Of a stretch of DNA of 64,000 nucleotides, positions 52,660 to 62,853 are shown in pieces (position 1 is the stretch's first letter; each line of letters opens with the position of its first letter). Source of the DNA: an uncultured Methanoregulaceae archaeon (lineage in GTDB: Archaea > Halobacteriota > Methanomicrobia > Methanomicrobiales > Methanospirillaceae); NCBI GenBank assembly GCA_963701095.1, contig OY969564.1, positions 2,272,001 to 2,336,000 on the forward strand, read 5' to 3'. The position numbers and the translations under genes are program-made. The notes below the pieces were generated by a model. That model had not been told where the DNA came from. It ran no database searches and saw only the letters and a program-made list of their open reading frames with translations.

Positions 52660-52992
52660 ATGGCACAAACCATTAAACTAATCGTTTATCCGGTTCACGA
52701 TATAGAAAAAGCCAAAGCATTTTATGGCAGGTTTCTCGATGCCAAACCGTATGTTGAAAGCACTTACTATGTAGGGTATAAGGTTGGCAGCCAGGAAATC
52801 GGATTAGACCCTAACTCCACGATTGGGCCTGTTGCTTATACCGATGTGAAGGATATCAAAAGCAGTCTCCAGGCAATGATTGAAGCCGGTGCTGAGGTTG
52901 TGCAGGACGCGAAGGAGGTAGGTGGTGGTCTGTTCATAGCCCAGGTAAGGGACGCTGACGGGAACGTTGTCGGACTCAGACAACAACCTTAA
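52660..52992 (+). CDS. VOC/glyoxalase family protein
   Basis: PVHDIEKAKAFY, DADGNVVGL. Confidence 0.88.
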   Translation: MAQTIKLIVYPVHDIEKAKAFYGRFLDAKPYVESTYYVGYKVGSQEIGLDPNSTIGPVAYTDVKDIKSSLQAMIEAGAEVVQDAKEVGGGLFIAQVRDADGNVVGLRQQP

Positions 52993-53093
52993 GGTCCTGA
53001 CGGACTATCGCAAAAACAACGACATCTGGCGGGTCAACAGATATCAATTTTAATTTATTCCGGATGCCATTGCATGAACGGATTCGCACACAC

Positions 53094-53417
53094 TCATTCC
53101 TGGTTGCCGCTCATTGCCTCGCTCATCTTTAGTTTGATCATCTCCATTGCTTCCTGGATGGTATCCCGGGCATCCTCCCGTTCCATCCGGTAGAGTTTCT
53201 GCAAAGGAGAAAGAGCCCTTGGATCTCCGAGCATGCCCAATGCCCAGGCAGCTTTTAACCGCACCCGAACGTCGTCATCCCACAGGGTGTCAATCAACGG
53301 CTCCACGGCCCGGGTATCTCCCATCCGCCCCAGCGATTCCGCCGCCTTCCACCGCGTCCCCTCGTTATCATCGGAAAGCATTTCGACTAATCCTTCAAGA
53401 GTACCTGGACATCGCAT
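53094..53417 (-). CDS. HEAT/PBS-lyase repeat protein
   Basis: RWKAAESLG.MGD.RAVEPLI, AAWALG.LGD. Confidence 0.88.
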   Translation of the reverse strand: MRCPGTLEGLVEMLSDDNEGTRWKAAESLGRMGDTRAVEPLIDTLWDDDVRVRLKAAWALGMLGDPRALSPLQKLYRMEREDARDTIQEAMEMIKLKMSEAMSGNQE

Positions 53418-53547
53418 ACCACCTCTAACCGGCGGTTAATGATTCCTGTTTTTTTCGCACCTTCTTAAAAAGTCTCGCAATGCACCGTCTCGATCCGTGA
53501 ACCGGTGCACGAGGTGGATTATGCCTGAGAAACGTTGCGGAGCCGGT

Positions 53548-54006
53548 TCACCGGGCATGTTCGTCATACCATGCCTGGAGCTGGTTCTGGAGCGCTGCGT
53601 TGCTCTTCTCAAGTTCAGCATAAACCTTCTTTATTGCATCCGTAACCGGGCCCGGTAATTGTGCAAAGAGTGCGTCTTTTGCCAGGTCAGTCTGGACCCG
53701 GAGTTTTCCCGTGTCGTCCCTGGTAACGCAGACTTCAAATGAACAGACCCGGTCCAGGGCATCCGCAGGTTTTTCTGCTGCAGTTTCGGTTATTTTGAGC
53801 GCTACCTCGATAGACTTTTTGTTTTTGTCATTGTCGATTTTTAACCGGACGAGGGGAAAATGGGGTACGGCATGAACAAAAAAAGCATCCTTTTCCTTGT
53901 TCACGAAGATCGTATAGTTGAAAACCTCAATCTTTTGTGATGTAATGAGGTAATCCACAAAACTTTTGATAAGATCTGACTGTTTATTGTCGCTCATACA
54001 TTCCAC
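53548..54006 (-). CDS. Hypothetical protein with C-terminal coiled coil
   Basis: 152-aa ORF with natural composition. Confidence 0.6.
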   Translation of the reverse strand: MECMSDNKQSDLIKSFVDYLITSQKIEVFNYTIFVNKEKDAFFVHAVPHFPLVRLKIDNDKNKKSIEVALKITETAAEKPADALDRVCSFEVCVTRDDTGKLRVQTDLAKDALFAQLPGPVTDAIKKVYAELEKSNAALQNQLQAWYDEHAR

Positions 54007-54187
54007 CCGGATGACTATTTCTCTGTACAGGTTCTGGTTGATCTCTCATACATAAATTTCCGTGTTCTGCCAAAGTGTCGGAAAGTGATATATCTCTTCC
54101 AGAACGGGATTAAAAAATCACTCCCAAAGACCTCGCAGAACAGTATTTTGGAAGATTTATTATAACAAACGGATTAACAATCAATAG

Positions 54188-54349
54188 ATGCCGGGAAAAG
54201 TGATCGCTGCTCTTTCTGTATACAGCGTTGTGCTGGTCACCTTCTTTCTTACCGGAACTCCATCATTGTGGGCATTTGTTTTCGCTCTAGTAGCCTGCGG
54301 TTTGTGCTATGCCAGCGGTCTGGAAGTCTTTTTGCCGAACGGTTCGTAA
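54188..54349 (+). CDS. Small 53-aa membrane protein (below ORF-track cutoff)
   Basis: MPGKVIAALSVYSVVLVTFFLTGTPSLWAFVFALVACGLCY...; TTTATTATA box upstream. Confidence 0.45.
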   Translation: MPGKVIAALSVYSVVLVTFFLTGTPSLWAFVFALVACGLCYASGLEVFLPNGS

Positions 54350-54370
54350 CGTCCCTGCCGCTGCTGTTTT

Positions 54371-54886
54371 TCACGTTCCAAAGAATGGCAGCGACGGGTT
54401 AAACACAATGATAAGGTAATTTACGTACCCGATCAGGAATGTGAGGATAACGACGACGCTGAGGAGCAGCGTGGCACCGAAAGATACCCTAACGGACTGT
54501 ATCATGGTGGCAAGGAGCATGGCGATTACAAATACACTGGCCAGGATACCCATGAAAGGTGACCTGAGACCGAAGAAAAAATAGCCCCATAACCCTATCA
54601 GGATGATAGCAAAGGCCAGGAAGGAAAGGCAGAGCAACCGGTCATGCTCCTTCATATGCTCCGCATGCCAGATGAAGAGGATTGAACCCCCAAGGAGCAG
54701 GTATGCAATACATACGCCTGTCATAAGCATAAACGTGTCCACGGGAAGAGAGACGGGTTTTATCAGTCCAGCAAACCAGGTGGGGAGAATGGGGAACGCG
54801 AAATACGTGGTGAGCCCTGCAGCAGCAAGAAAAAGCACACCGAGACCAATCAAAGGTCCTATGGGATGGTTCCCTCGTGATGACAT
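54371..54886 (-). CDS. TspO/MBR family membrane protein
   Basis: WFAGLIKP, W.YFFFGLRSP, 5 TM. Confidence 0.75.
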   Translation of the reverse strand: MSSRGNHPIGPLIGLGVLFLAAAGLTTYFAFPILPTWFAGLIKPVSLPVDTFMLMTGVCIAYLLLGGSILFIWHAEHMKEHDRLLCLSFLAFAIILIGLWGYFFFGLRSPFMGILASVFVIAMLLATMIQSVRVSFGATLLLSVVVILTFLIGYVNYLIIVFNPSLPFFGT

Positions 54887-55042
54887 ATAATTTACTATTG
54901 CAAACGCGCCGGCATAAATGGGTTTTGGAAGAGAATTGCGTCTCTGTAGTCTTCCCTCTATTGACTCTTTTTTTTGAAGAAAGTAAATGTACACTTTGTC
55001 TTTTTGCGATAGTTATATCATCCTCCGACGTGACTTAAGATT

Positions 55043-56317
55043 ATGGCGAAACAATCGCAGAGTCAATCCGGGGGAAGAATCGCCGCATTTGTTAGCTCCT
55101 ACTCTAACAAGAGCACTGGGGGTGGGTATAAGAGTGCCATCGAGTCGTTTCTACGGTGCATTAATGGGCTTCCAAAGGCGAATACGGATGGCACAAGGGC
55201 AAAGTATGACTATGAACTACTTTTCGACGATTACCTTGCTGACAAGAAGCGGAACCATGATGAGGACTTCACGAAGTTTGCTGACTGCCTAAAATCGGAG
55301 TGTGCGAGTCACCAATCAGCCCGGCAGATTATGACAAATGCGAGGCGTATCCTCGAAGACAATGGTGCAAAATTCAAGGGCAAAACCGTCCGGGATTTAA
55401 AGCGGGAGATGAAAGGTGGGGCGGGTACTGTTGACAAGGTTATGACGGCGAAAGTAATCGATACTGTCCTGAAAGAACTCGATATAAAAGGACGAGCAAT
55501 TGTTCTTACCCTTGCCAGTTCCGGAGCCCGGTTAAACGAAATCCTTTCCCTGAAACTCTCCGATATAGACTTTGAAAGCAACCCGATTAAACTCACCCTG
55601 CGAAACACTAAAAACAAACAAACCCGGTTTACCTTCATTAGTTCAGAAGCAACACGAAGTATCCAGGCATGGCTTGAAAAACGTGAACACTATCTCGCAG
55701 GTGCATCCCGCCGAAACGCTGGACTTGTGCGGGCTGGTATCTGCGGGGAAAAAGACGCAAAATCGGATCTCCTCTTCCCTCTAACCGATACAGCCGTTAA
55801 TGCTCTTTGGGAAAATGCACTTAAGACAGCAGGTTTGTATTCGCAGGATGAACAGACCGGACGTAACCAATACCGGATACATTCTTTCAGAAAATTCTTC
55901 ATCAGCCAATTAAGCATGGCAGGTCAGAAAACACTTGCAGAACACCTGGCAGGACATATCGTTTATCTCGATGGTTCATACCGCCGGATTGATGAAGAGG
56001 CGGCTGGGAAGGCATACCTCGCCGTTCAGCACGTCATTACAATCGGTATTCCTCCAGAGTTCCGGGAGAGTGCAACCGAATTAACCGGCAAATTGAAGAT
56101 ACAGGGCGAAAGCATAGAGGGACTGCGGGCGATGAACGAGAAACTTGTCGCCCAAATGGTGAAGTTAGAAGACCAAAACACCACCCTCCAAGAGGATATT
56201 TCGATTATCAAGGAGGAGCAGGAACGGATGCGGCAGCATTACGCTATTATTGACCAATTGATGGCAAAGGACAGTGATGCGCAAGCTATATTCGGCAAAC
56301 TTCTGAAAAACCGTTAA
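55043..56317 (+). CDS. Tyrosine recombinase/integrase with C-terminal coiled coil
   Basis: SGARLNE (R), TKNK (K), HSFRK (HxxR), LAGH, GSYRR (Y). Confidence 0.92.
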   Translation: MAKQSQSQSGGRIAAFVSSYSNKSTGGGYKSAIESFLRCINGLPKANTDGTRAKYDYELLFDDYLADKKRNHDEDFTKFADCLKSECASHQSARQIMTNARRILEDNGAKFKGKTVRDLKREMKGGAGTVDKVMTAKVIDTVLKELDIKGRAIVLTLASSGARLNEILSLKLSDIDFESNPIKLTLRNTKNKQTRFTFISSEATRSIQAWLEKREHYLAGASRRNAGLVRAGICGEKDAKSDLLFPLTDTAVNALWENALKTAGLYSQDEQTGRNQYRIHSFRKFFISQLSMAGQKTLAEHLAGHIVYLDGSYRRIDEEAAGKAYLAVQHVITIGIPPEFRESATELTGKLKIQGESIEGLRAMNEKLVAQMVKLEDQNTTLQEDISIIKEEQERMRQHYAIIDQLMAKDSDAQAIFGKLLKNR

Positions 56318-56441
56318 TGTTGAGATAATCCGCGCGACCAATCTCTTTTATTTTTCACTATTTTCGTTAATGGACATTAATACGTCCCATTATTACTGCC
56401 ACGCATAACCTTTATAGAGTCGATTTTGACAACCTCAATTT

Positions 56442-56840
56442 ATGCAGGTGAGTAATAACGCAATCCCTTACCTGATTGCCCGGTCTGATTTTCAGAAGTT
56501 CAGCCGTTTCTATCAGCTCGCGGCTTTGGCTCTGGAACAGACCGGGAAAGTCCGGATTGTCGATGGCGTCCAACCTTCAACCGTCTCGTCTGCATGTGTC
56601 GCATCAACCGAACCCGCGCCATCCTCAGATGGCTATCGCTACTGTGCCCCGTCCCCAGCTCACGGGGGACTGGTGGCACAAGAGGGGGCGGAAGGGCTGC
56701 CCTTTAGGGCATCCCTTGAAGGTGACGGGGGGTTCATCAGAACCCCCCCAAGAGACGGGCATCAGCCCGTCTCCCTAGGCTACTATAAACTAATTGCCAC
56801 TGACACGTCTGAATATACCATTATGGGGGTTCAAAGATGA
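56442..56840 (+). CDS. Small element-encoded protein; only the N-terminal ~40 aa look protein-like
   Basis: CTTTATA box upstream; ATGA overlap with rep; 3' part overlaps the hairpin array. Confidence 0.45.
   Translation: MQVSNNAIPYLIARSDFQKFSRFYQLAALALEQTGKVRIVDGVQPSTVSSACVASTEPAPSSDGYRYCAPSPAHGGLVAQEGAEGLPFRASLEGDGGFIRTPPRDGHQPVSLGYYKLIATDTSEYTIMGVQR
56643..56773. repeat. Array of four adjacent inverted repeats (candidate replication origin)
   Basis: GTCCCC/GGGGAC; AAGGGCTGCCC-TTTA-GGGCATCCCTT; GGGGGGTTC-ATCA-GAACCCCCC; GAGACGGGC-ATCA-GCCCGTCTC. Confidence 0.75.
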
Positions 56841-57862
56841 TACCCCCTGAACTGATAAGCCAGATACGGAATGACCCCTTTCTGAATTACCTCATTAATC
56901 CTGTTCTGCGGTTCGATAACTACCTCAACAGCACATCACGTATGCACATAAGGATAAAAGGCATTAAACTGCGATATGCCAATGATGACAGTAACCTTGA
57001 GATTGAGGACATCCAATCGCTTGAACTCGACCTCGGATATCCCCACCGTTGGACAGAACGATACGACCATCACACCCTCTGGAAACTTTACCACCTGCAA
57101 TACTACTACATCGCCCACCCTGATAGGATGCCAAAATACACGATGATGATTACCTTAACGGGCTCTCATGCATCACCGAAGAACCCCACTAAACAGGGAC
57201 TTTCCCATATGGCATACCTGGACAAATTCCATGAATCACACCGGCGAGAGAAAAAGATGGTCGGAAAATACCTCAATACGGTCGATTACCTCTCCATCCT
57301 TGAAGGACACCCTGAAAGCGGCTATATTCACGCTCACGACCTCTATTTCCTCGATAACAGACCTTCTAAAGAGACCCTCGCTCTCATTCAAAACCACTGG
57401 AATAACACTCTCGGCATGGGCTCTGCTGAACATGGCATCAAAATTGAGATTAAGGAGCCAAAGGACTTTCACGACATCAAATCTCTCGTCGCTTACCCTA
57501 TGGCATATATCGGAAAAACCACTATCGGCGACCTCCCCGAATGGACAAAATACGATTTGATATTCAATACCTGCCTGTGGCTATCAGGTCAGCCTAAAAT
57601 TCATGGTGGACTAGGAAAGAGGATTCGAGCCTTCCAGCCATCGCGGTCCCTGTCTGCAATCATGAATCCAACCATAGATAACTCAAATTTTAAGTATGTC
57701 GAAACTACCCTCAAAACGGAGAATGATAACAGGGTCTTACACCAATGTCCCGATTATGATAATAATATTGAACTCTGGATGGATGGTGGCGGAGATAATG
57801 GGCAATGCGACACACTGGATAACTTGATGTGGCAGAAGAAAATTGAAAATATCTCATATTGA
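56837..57862 (+). CDS. HUH-superfamily rolling-circle replication initiator (Rep)
   Basis: Motif I MITLTG, motif II GYIHAHDLYF, motif III YPMAYIGK (two Tyr). Confidence 0.75.
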   Translation: MIPPELISQIRNDPFLNYLINPVLRFDNYLNSTSRMHIRIKGIKLRYANDDSNLEIEDIQSLELDLGYPHRWTERYDHHTLWKLYHLQYYYIAHPDRMPKYTMMITLTGSHASPKNPTKQGLSHMAYLDKFHESHRREKKMVGKYLNTVDYLSILEGHPESGYIHAHDLYFLDNRPSKETLALIQNHWNNTLGMGSAEHGIKIEIKEPKDFHDIKSLVAYPMAYIGKTTIGDLPEWTKYDLIFNTCLWLSGQPKIHGGLGKRIRAFQPSRSLSAIMNPTIDNSNFKYVETTLKTENDNRVLHQCPDYDNNIELWMDGGGDNGQCDTLDNLMWQKKIENISY

Positions 57863-57880
57863 TGAGAAAATTTTATGAAA

Positions 57881-58382
57881 TTAGGATTCGTTGCAGTCGA
57901 TATACGTACGACGGCAAAAAAAGATAAAACAAATCGTTGGGAGTATTAAAATTTCAACGAATCCTATAATGGACATATGTGCCCAAAATCCAATTAATTC
58001 CCATATCCCAATCATACCAATTGGAGGGAGGTTTAACAACCATTTTTTCGTACTATCGCCCTTCCTAACGGTTTTACATTCCTCCGGAATTTGTTTTTCT
58101 AATAAAAAAACGACTTTCTCATAACGACAATAGTGCTTTATTATCGTATTTTGACCAAATAACCATCCAATTGATATAGAAATTCCAAATAGGGGAACAA
58201 TTAGAAGCTTTTCTTGAATTAAACTGCAATCAGTACCTCTGAAAATATGCCCCCAATAAGAGTGCACTTGCACCAATAAAAATGCTGAAAAAAACCCAAG
58301 TTAGATTGTCTTGGTGCATTTTCAAATCATTTGCAGAACGCAACTGTTGTTCATGTTGTTTTTCACATAGACCAATTACCAT
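57881..58382 (-). CDS. AT-rich ~3-TM membrane cargo protein (frameshift near 58238)
   Basis: ATG 58382 frame gives QDNLTWVFFSIFIGASALLLGAY, which joins the 57881-58276 frame LLIVPLFGISISIGW...LLEKQI. Confidence 0.5.
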
Positions 58383-58549
58383 AATAGTATATTAAAACAG
58401 TAAAATTATTGTTTGTTTGCATGTTATTCCGTAACTTCTGACGTTAACGCATAAATACAAAGTTTATTGAATTATACTTTGTGTTTCTTTGAAAAAAATG
58501 CATAGACCGGTATTCTTGGAGAACCCGATTTTTGTCTGTCCATAAAGAA

Positions 58550-58719
58550 GGGGAAAAATCTGGTGGAGTGTACGATCGAAAACTCGCTCTTTCGCTGTGC
58601 AAAGGGACATAATCCAGGATTATGATGATCAGAATAATCTTGTTGGTGTAAAAATTCTCAGGGTATTTGACCGGGTAGAATCCGCTAGTCTGAGAACTGT
58701 TAAGGCCGAATCTGCGTAA
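58550..58719 (+). pseudogene. Remnant of a DUF2283-like gene
   Basis: Startless frame encoding RDIIQDYDDQNNLVGVKILR, resembling the DUF2283 DYD..G..VG.EIL motif. Confidence 0.35.
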
Positions 58720-58942
58720 TACAGGATCAGGCCCACTGCAGGAGGTTATTAGATAAACCTGCAGTTGATCAATACCCCGGACTGGAAAGGTTTTCCGAGA
58801 TATTCGTGCGACTCCTTCCGTTTTAAGCACAATCTTCTTGAGATCATCGTAGAGAAAAAAACCCTGTTCACGCTATAATACTGCTGATTTCCTTTTTTCA
58901 TGGCGGATAAGGGTTATGCCCCCGGGGGTATCTGAAAAAAGG

Positions 58943-60088
58943 TTACCCGAGTTTTTCCAGACGCCGGCAGGCCTCGCGGAGGGTCTCTTCCTTTTTGGAG
59001 AAGGTGAACCGGAGTTTTGTCTCTCCCCCCTTTTGACAGAACGAGCTTCCCGGCACTGCCGCAACGCCGACAGACTCGATAAGATAGCGGGCAAAAGCAG
59101 TATCCGTCATCCCGAAGCCGGAGATGTCCGTGAAGATATAGTACGCCCCTTCCGGAAGCTGACAGGAGAATCCCGCTTTCTTCAGGCCGTCGTAGAGAAC
59201 CTGCCGACGGATGGTGTAGTCCCGGGCCAGCCCCTCGTAGTACGTAGAAGGCAGGTCGAATGCGGCAACCGCGGCGTGCTGGAGGGGAGCCGGTGCCCCT
59301 ACCGTGAGGAAATCGTGGATCTTCCTGATGCGTGCAGTCAGCCGGGTATCGGCAACCGTGTACCCCACCCGCCATCCGGTCACGCTGTAGGTCTTCGAGA
59401 GGCTGTTGATGGTGACTGTTCGGTCTTCCATACCGGCAAGCGACCCGATCGAGACGTGCCGGTGCCCATCGTAGAGGATATGCTCGTAGATCTCGTCGGT
59501 AATAGCGATAACGTCGTGCTCGAGGCAGAGGTCGGTAATAAACTGCAGCTCGTTTTTGGAAAAGACCTTCCCGGTCGGGTTGTTGGGGGTATTGATGATG
59601 ACCGCCCGGGTCTTTCCGGAGAACGCCGTTTTCCATGCCTCTTCGTCCAGCGGCCTGCTGCCGTCACCAAGCGGGATATGGCGGGGGACGGCCCCGGAGA
59701 TGACCGCATCCGGCCCGTAATTCTCGTAGAAAGGTTCGGGCACGATCACCTCGTCCCCCGGGTTTACGAGCGCGATCATGGATGCCATCATCGCTTCGGT
59801 AGATCCGCAGGTGACCGTGATCTCCGTTTCCGGGTCCGCCTCTATCCCATTGTACCCCTTAACCTTCCGGGCGATCGCCTGCCGGAGATCCTGTGCCCCC
59901 CAAGTGATCGCGTACTGGTTGTAGTCCCCGGTAATTGCATCGCAGGCAGCCTTTTTGAGTTCGTCCGGGCAGGGGAAATCAGGAAACCCCTGGGCGAGGT
60001 TGATCGCCTCATGTGCGAGGCTCAGCCGGGTCATCTCCCGGATCACGGATTCCGTAAAGACGTCCGCACGGGAGGGTGGAAGTATCAT
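58943..60088 (-). CDS. PLP-dependent class I/II aminotransferase
   Basis: INLAQGFPDF, NTPNNPTGKVF, DEIYEH, SLSKTYSVTGWRVG. Confidence 0.93.
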   Translation of the reverse strand: MILPPSRADVFTESVIREMTRLSLAHEAINLAQGFPDFPCPDELKKAACDAITGDYNQYAITWGAQDLRQAIARKVKGYNGIEADPETEITVTCGSTEAMMASMIALVNPGDEVIVPEPFYENYGPDAVISGAVPRHIPLGDGSRPLDEEAWKTAFSGKTRAVIINTPNNPTGKVFSKNELQFITDLCLEHDVIAITDEIYEHILYDGHRHVSIGSLAGMEDRTVTINSLSKTYSVTGWRVGYTVADTRLTARIRKIHDFLTVGAPAPLQHAAVAAFDLPSTYYEGLARDYTIRRQVLYDGLKKAGFSCQLPEGAYYIFTDISGFGMTDTAFARYLIESVGVAAVPGSSFCQKGGETKLRFTFSKKEETLREACRRLEKLG

Positions 60089-60224
60089 ACTACCTTCTGG
60101 GGCGGCAGAGAGGATAATCTCATCTTTTTTTTTACTGGACCCGTACATGTGGGAACGGGGAAAAACGACCGGTAAATGTTTCAGGAGGATCAAAAAAAAG
60201 GACAGGCTGGAAACATGCCTGCGG

Positions 60225-60695
60225 TTATTCGTTCAAAGGCTGGAATCCCTGTTTGAATACCTTCCCGAACTGAACGCGGATCTTCGGGTCCTGTGCACAC
60301 ACCGGACAGACATAGTCCTCCGGGAGATCCTCGAATTTCGTCCCGGGTTTTATTCCCCGGTGAGGCTCACCGCGTTTCTCGTCATAGATGTAACTACACA
60401 TGGAGCACAGGTACCGGGTTGGCCTCCACTCTTCAAAACCCCATTTTCCTATCTTGCCTTTGCCCTGGTATCCGCACACAGGGCATACATAGTCCTCCGG
60501 GAGATCCTCAAAAGCGGTACCGGCAGGAATGCCATTATGCGGTTCCCCGCGAAGCGGCGAATAGATATATCCGCACATTCTGCACTTGTATCGTAAAGGA
60601 ACACTCTCTTTTTTAGCTGGTGCCTTCTTCTTTGCCGCGGTTGCCGGTTTCTTTTTCACATCGCTTTTTTTCGTTGTTGCTCCTGCTTTTGCCAT
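60225..60695 (-). CDS. Double rubredoxin with Lys/Ala-rich N-terminal tail
   Basis: Two CxxCxYIY...[20 protein letters not shown] domains. Confidence 0.92.
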   Translation of the reverse strand: MAKAGATTKKSDVKKKPATAAKKKAPAKKESVPLRYKCRMCGYIYSPLRGEPHNGIPAGTAFEDLPEDYVCPVCGYQGKGKIGKWGFEEWRPTRYLCSMCSYIYDEKRGEPHRGIKPGTKFEDLPEDYVCPVCAQDPKIRVQFGKVFKQGFQPLNE

Positions 60696-61081
60696 ATCAG
60701 TTCACCCCGCCCAAAGCCCTTCATCACCATTGTTTTTTTACAGAAAAGCCAGGGATAACTTGAAATTGATATTACAAATTATTATAATTACGTATACGGC
60801 TACAATAGGCAATATTGCAGGGCAGACCTCGGTTCTTGTGAAGGATTGAGTATTGGCGGCGCTCATCTACTGCAAAAGATGCAACGGGCTGCTGGTGACG
60901 CAGATCGAAAAACACAATGTCAATGTCTACGCCGGTTTCGCGGCCATTATGATCCCGGACGTCTGGGACCGGACTTTTCTTTCTGATCCCGGTATCCAAA
61001 ACAGCGTTGTTATTATGTAACGTCTCACCAAGAAGACAATGAACACTCCAGTTCTGCTTTTTGGCGGGAAGGGGGATCACG

Positions 61082-62572
61082 ATGCTGAAAAAATGCGACC
61101 TGACAGAACAGATCGATCAGAAGACCTTCGATAAGGAAATGGATCCTATGAGGGTACGTCTCGGGCAGCTTCAGCGGGAGCTTCATGCCGGCAAAATCCC
61201 GGTAATTATTGTCATTGAAGGCTGGAATGCCGCAGGAATTTCGTTAACGGTCAAGGAACTCGTCCGTGCTTTTGACCCCCGGGGCATCGAGCTCTCGACT
61301 ATCGGACCTCCTGCTGACGAAGAGCTGCACCGTCCGCTGTTGTGGAGATTCTGGAACCGCGTTCCCCCCAAAGGCGGGATCGCCATCTTTGACCGGAGCT
61401 GGTACAGTCGGGCCCTTGCGGAGACCACCAAACACCCGGCCTGGGAAAAACGCGTTGACAAAGCTATCCAGTCATTCAACCGGTTTGAGCGCCAGCTCAC
61501 CGATGACAAAACGATTATCGTCAAGATCTTTCTCCACATCAGTAAACAAGAGCAGCAAAAACGCTTTATTGACCGTGAGACAAACCCCCTTACCTCGTGG
61601 ATGGTAACTTCAGATGACTGGGATTTCCACAGCGAATATGATACGTATTTCCCGGTCATTGATACCTTCCTTAAGGAAACCAGTACTCCCAATGCTCCCT
61701 GGACGGTCATCGGGGCCAATGATACCCCGTTCGCCATCATGAGGGCATACCAGACCGTCATAAATGCCCTTGAAAAGAAAGACGGCGGCAGGGAAAGTTC
61801 CTCCCGGAAGCAGCATGACACATTCACTCCCGATCTTGTCCCGGTCAAACGAGACGAGGAAAAGCCGGTCAGGCTCGACAAGGAGACGTACAGGAAAAAA
61901 CTTGTGGCCGCACAGTTGATGCTTGGCGATATGCAGACCATCTTTTTCAAACGCAATATCCCGCTTATCGTTATCTTTGAGGGAAGGGATGCTGCGGGGA
62001 AAGGGGGTACAATAATGCGCCTCACGCACGATTTAAACCCACGAGGTTACGGGGTCACTCCCGTTGGGGGTCCAAACGAATTTGAAAAGGATCATCATTA
62101 TCTCTGGAGGTTTATCAGGAAATATCCCCGCCAGGGTCATATGACGATCTATGACCGGAGCTGGTATGGCAGGGTCCTTGTGGAACGGGTGGAAGGTTTC
62201 TGCACTCACGCCGAATGGAAACGGGCATATTCCGAGATAAACGAAATCGAAGAAGAATTCCGCTCATGGGGCGGGGGCATCCTGAAATTCTGGCTTGAGG
62301 TCAGCCCCGAAGAGCAGCTCAAACGGTTCCGGGAGAGGGAAAATGACCCCCTCAAGCAGTGGAAGATCACCGAAGAAGACTGGCGGAACCGGCAGAAATG
62401 GGACCAGTACAGCGAGGCCATAGACGAGATGTTCAAAAAAACGAGCACGAAGGGCGCTCCCTGGATTTTTATAAATTCTGATGATAAATGGAATGCACGG
62501 ATAAAAACAGTTGAGACGGTCTGCGAGTACGCCGAGCGCCTGCTCCAGCTGAGATATCAGCACTATAGTTAG
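61082..62572 (+). CDS. Polyphosphate:AMP phosphotransferase (two-domain PPK2)
   Basis: Two PPK2 domains; EGRDAAGKGG, DRSWY twice, WKITEEDWRNR. Confidence 0.92.
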   Translation: MLKKCDLTEQIDQKTFDKEMDPMRVRLGQLQRELHAGKIPVIIVIEGWNAAGISLTVKELVRAFDPRGIELSTIGPPADEELHRPLLWRFWNRVPPKGGIAIFDRSWYSRALAETTKHPAWEKRVDKAIQSFNRFERQLTDDKTIIVKIFLHISKQEQQKRFIDRETNPLTSWMVTSDDWDFHSEYDTYFPVIDTFLKETSTPNAPWTVIGANDTPFAIMRAYQTVINALEKKDGGRESSSRKQHDTFTPDLVPVKRDEEKPVRLDKETYRKKLVAAQLMLGDMQTIFFKRNIPLIVIFEGRDAAGKGGTIMRLTHDLNPRGYGVTPVGGPNEFEKDHHYLWRFIRKYPRQGHMTIYDRSWYGRVLVERVEGFCTHAEWKRAYSEINEIEEEFRSWGGGILKFWLEVSPEEQLKRFRERENDPLKQWKITEEDWRNRQKWDQYSEAIDEMFKKTSTKGAPWIFINSDDKWNARIKTVETVCEYAERLLQLRYQHYS

Positions 62573-62853
62573 TACTGTGTGCCATTCCGTGAATGGATTC
62601 CCCGGTTGGATTGTGTTCCGGGGATCTGTTTTCGGATTAATTACGGAATATGGATTTCTGAAGCTGCCGATAACCCGTCAGGGTCCGGAAAAAAATTACC
62701 GGTTTTTGACTTCTTTAATGTCAGACTTATCGGAAAGACAGGTAAAAAATCCGTCTGTGACATCTTCTAATGCCTCTTCTTTTGTTTTCCGAGGATGCAT
62801 GTTACGGTAATAATCGGCACAACCTTTGCCTTTCACCATCATGTTTGCCCCCT

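Larger units (their letters stand above)
55043..58720. mobile_element. Small integrated plasmid/virus-like element (integrase, rolling-circle Rep, cargo); boundaries approximate
   Basis: Tyrosine recombinase, HUH Rep, hairpin array, AT-rich cargo; no att repeat found by eye. Confidence 0.7.

Noticed and set aside
58622..58693. Possible C/D box sRNA (ATGATGA ... CTGA)
   Set aside because: No clear D'/C' boxes or terminal stem; better explained as a DUF2283-like coding remnant.
54900..58940. att direct repeats bounding the integrase-Rep element
   Set aside because: No convincing direct repeat or tRNA fragment seen by eye; boundaries left approximate.
58916..60175. 419-aa plus-strand ORF
   Set aside because: Antisense shadow of the GC-rich aminotransferase gene; no recognisable motifs.
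60772..61080. 102-aa minus-strand ORF between rubredoxin and PPK2
   Set aside because: No motif or clear start/RBS; insufficient support.
61082..61800. Degenerate Walker A (EGWNAAGISLT) in the N-terminal PPK2 domain
   Set aside because: An inactive or divergent domain is common in two-domain PPK2/PAP enzymes; not novel.
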